This document shows, in pieces, positions 61,355-64,000 of a stretch of 64,000 nt of DNA. Below the pieces are notes generated by a model, which saw only the letters and a list, made by a program, of their open reading frames with translations, made no database searches and was not told the origin of the DNA. Within the stretch, counting starts at the first letter, position 1, and every line of letters begins with the position of its first letter. The DNA comes from Callorhinchus milii. Its lineage: Eukaryota. The position numbers and the translations under genes were made by a program. Location: NCBI RefSeq assembly GCF_018977255.1, contig NW_024704742.1:54438001-54502000 (forward strand). Reading direction: 5' to 3'.

Positions 61355-62125
61355 CCAAGAACAAAGGTTTTGTTTATAAAGCTGAATATTAGCCCTTTAA
61401 GATCAAAACTCCCATTCTATTTGGTGTTCTAGTATGAGATGATATAACCAATAATCTTGTGATTTATAGTTAGCATTATGGCAGGTAATGCTTTTGACAT
61501 TTAGCGAGCGACCTTGAAAATTCCATTATAAGCTCACGCAGCCAACTTCAGTAAATACGTCAACCAGTGATCGGACAAGCTCGCCTTCCAGGTGGATAAA
61601 TTCACCTACCCTCAGAGAATCAACCATTTCTGAAACTTTGGTGTTAAACTGGGGCTGGGTTATACTTCTCCATTAATTAAGAATGGAAAGGGAGAATTGC
61701 AGATCTTTATCCATAGATTTTACAATCTACACACAAAAATCCAAACACAAGCCTAGATTCCAATGCCAACATTTTAATGAATGGATGCTTATCTACAGGC
61801 CTCGTAATTTGAATCCGTTCTTCAAGCATTGATCAAAATCTGGGACCATCCATTTAGATGATAAAATCTGGACCCAATGTTTCAATGTTTTGAGGATACT
61901 TTAGGTGGAGGTTAATTAAAGTCTTACATACCACGAGGTAGGTTCGTTATAGGAAATGTTAATATCTTTCTGTGTACCACAAATGAGGTTTATTTTTAGG
62001 TAAACCCCAAAAGCTACTCTCGAAATCAAAAGTTAGTACGTTATTCAAAACTATTAGAACTTGACTCAGCGAACCAATCCATTATTGTTTAATGATCAGT
62101 TTCTCAAGTATTTACCCTCGAAAAT
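61355..62125 (+). mobile_element. Possible ancient L1/Tx1 ORF2 relic
   Basis: Ordered decayed blocks KVLFIKLNISP (~RVALIKMNILP), LPFYL, IIL*FI (~IISSFIW), AA..KYVNQ* (~AAQL.Y...W), FFKH*SKSG (~F..W..KG), QFLKYL (~FFRYLQ). Confidence 0.4.
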
Positions 62126-63107
62126 ACAACATTATTGGATTAAAAATAAAGTCACAAATACTATGCTAATAAAGACTACAGCATTAGCAAAAGCATTCTG
62201 GTTTTTAAATATATTTGACATTGCAAATTCTACAAGTTAATGAGTTATATATACATGCCATGATACTTTGAATGAAATAAGACACTGGAACAAAACCTTT
62301 AAAGAAAGGTATAAAATGGTCTGTAGAATATATTATGGTAAAATTATTGGATCAACTTAGTTGGCAATAAAAGCTCCACTACATATTTCAGTTTCCCAAA
62401 CATGTGTCTCCTATCTAGACAGACAGTCTTCCTTTTAACTAAATTGATCAATTGGTTAATGATTTTAGCATTCTGGCAGTGGCTAAGAAAAGATACAGAG
62501 TAAGACTGTCATGGTGATAGTGACAACAGAAATACAAGTTTGAAGTATTACCTGAGGCAAAGAGCTATTGTTATCCATTACAAGAATTTTTAAAAGAAAA
62601 ACTGTAGCAACCATTTGCTAAAAGACTGCAAATGTCAATTAAACGTGGTACATTTTTTAAAATGTAACCCTTTGTGTATAAAGTACATGGATGAAAAGAC
62701 GAAAAGTATAAATGATAAAACACTACATACCATAAATAACAATGCTCCTCATAGAAATATCAGATTCTTTAAAGCTGTTTCTTGTTATTGTGGCTGGAGA
62801 TATATTATTGTGACACCAGAACTCATGGCTGCATTCATTGTAACTTCCATTTTGCGATAGTGTGATAGTGTTTCCATATTTTGATTCACATCTGTTTTAA
62901 CAGAACCAGAAAATAATTTTCTGTTAAAACAGACCACTTGGCTAGTAATCTAATGGCAGTTTGTGCATTTAAAAAAAGTAACATTATTAATTTGTCTCTG
63001 CTAATGTACCAATTTGACAAGAAAATAAGCATTAGTATTTTTTCTTGTACATTTAATACGGTTCAATACTAGCTTTCTGCAAAATCGCTTATTCTGTTTG
63101 CCTAGAG

Positions 63108-63311
63108 CAGGGTGGCCAACCTTTTTTGTCAACCAACCAAATAAATTTTTCTTGATTGAATATTTCTTGATTTATGGCCCCACTATAAATATCACTGCTC
63201 AGTAGCTACTGGAAACAAAATATTGATTTAACACAGATTTATCTAGACAAGTATAAATGTTCAGCCGGCCACTTCTTGATGCCCCCACAGGCTACAGGTT
63301 GGCCACCACTG
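63108..63311 (-). mobile_element. hAT (Charlie-like) MITE, copy 2, inverted relative to copy 1
   Basis: TIRs CAGGGTGGCCAACCT / CAGTGGTGGCCAACCT; interior colinear with revcomp of 61076-61276; flanks gcctagag/tctaagag (5/8, NTCTAGAN-like). Confidence 0.85.
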
Positions 63312-63789
63312 TCTAAGAGAATGCACAGTCACTATACTTTACAGTAAATTGTGTGAAACACTTTGATGGGTTCTCTCAATGTGAAAGGCATTATATCAAA
63401 TTAAACCATTATTATTGTTATAATTCCTCTAAAGTTGACAAAATGCTTATGTGTTTCAACTACAATATTAGCAATGTTGTATGTATAACATTCAGCCTTA
63501 TATTGCAGCCTTAAATACAAGAAATTATTTTTTAATATTAATTCATTTTAATATTAATATCACTGAACTAATGATTTAGCAAAGTTGATGTAATTTTGGA
63601 AATATTTTAAAAATACATAATAAATCTGACATTAGTGTAACATGAAATCACAGATTTTTAGAAACATGCACCTTCAGTTAATATATTTATTCTTCCTGAC
63701 TGACAATTACTTTTCTGAGACTTTATATTGTTGCACCGATTATTCTGCAGTTTTAAAGGAATATTTTGACAGCAAATGTATCAAATGTA

Positions 63790-63922
63790 CTTTGCCCACA
63801 AAATACACAGTCAATTCACTTTACTTTGTAAATACTTTGTGAAGCTGCTTTGAGATGTCTCAATAATGTGAGATGTGATAATGTGATAAGACACTATATC
63901 AAATGCAAGGATTATTATTATT
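63790..63922 (+). mobile_element. SINE 3' fragment
   Basis: tttgcccacaaaatacacagtcaattcacttt...atcaaatgcaagg(ATT)n; another tail lies at ~63322-63416. Confidence 0.8.
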
Positions 63923-64000
63923 GATTATGAGTTGCGGGAGTTCTTTCATGAGGGCAAATGACCCTTAACTTATTAAAACTGCAAGTCAACAAATAAATAC

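Noticed and set aside
61400..61725. Endogenous viral element or host exon on the minus strand (VSEMVDSLRVGEFIHLEGELVRSLVDVFTEVG)
   Set aside because: The frame has internal stops and no recognisable homology; ordered L1-like motifs on the plus strand explain the region better

Overview
AT-rich, repeat-dense vertebrate genomic DNA with no intact host protein-coding gene, so it is intergenic or deep intronic. The repeats point to a cartilaginous fish, plausibly a chimaera/elephant shark (inference): Deu-domain SINEs resembling shark SacSINE1, a second tRNA-headed SINE with the same 3' half, L2 3' ends with (TTG)n tails, and CR1 fragments. Much of the window is SINE/L2/CR1 debris, with several nested insertions, two hAT MITEs (one with a perfect 8-bp TSD), a Tc1/mariner(Tigger)-like MITE, a probable ERV solo LTR, faint L1 and Harbinger relics, and microsatellites. 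The most notable object is absent from the ORF track: a ~1.15-kb minus-strand element (about 36773-37918). It holds a spliced, pseudogenised CGGBP1-like reading frame (hAT transposase N-terminus) with canonical introns, a CpG-retaining 5' region and GCGG subterminal motifs, and lies between two copies of a 72-bp direct repeat. Family names come from recalled motifs, not database searches; most repeat boundaries are approximate (+/- 10-20 bp).
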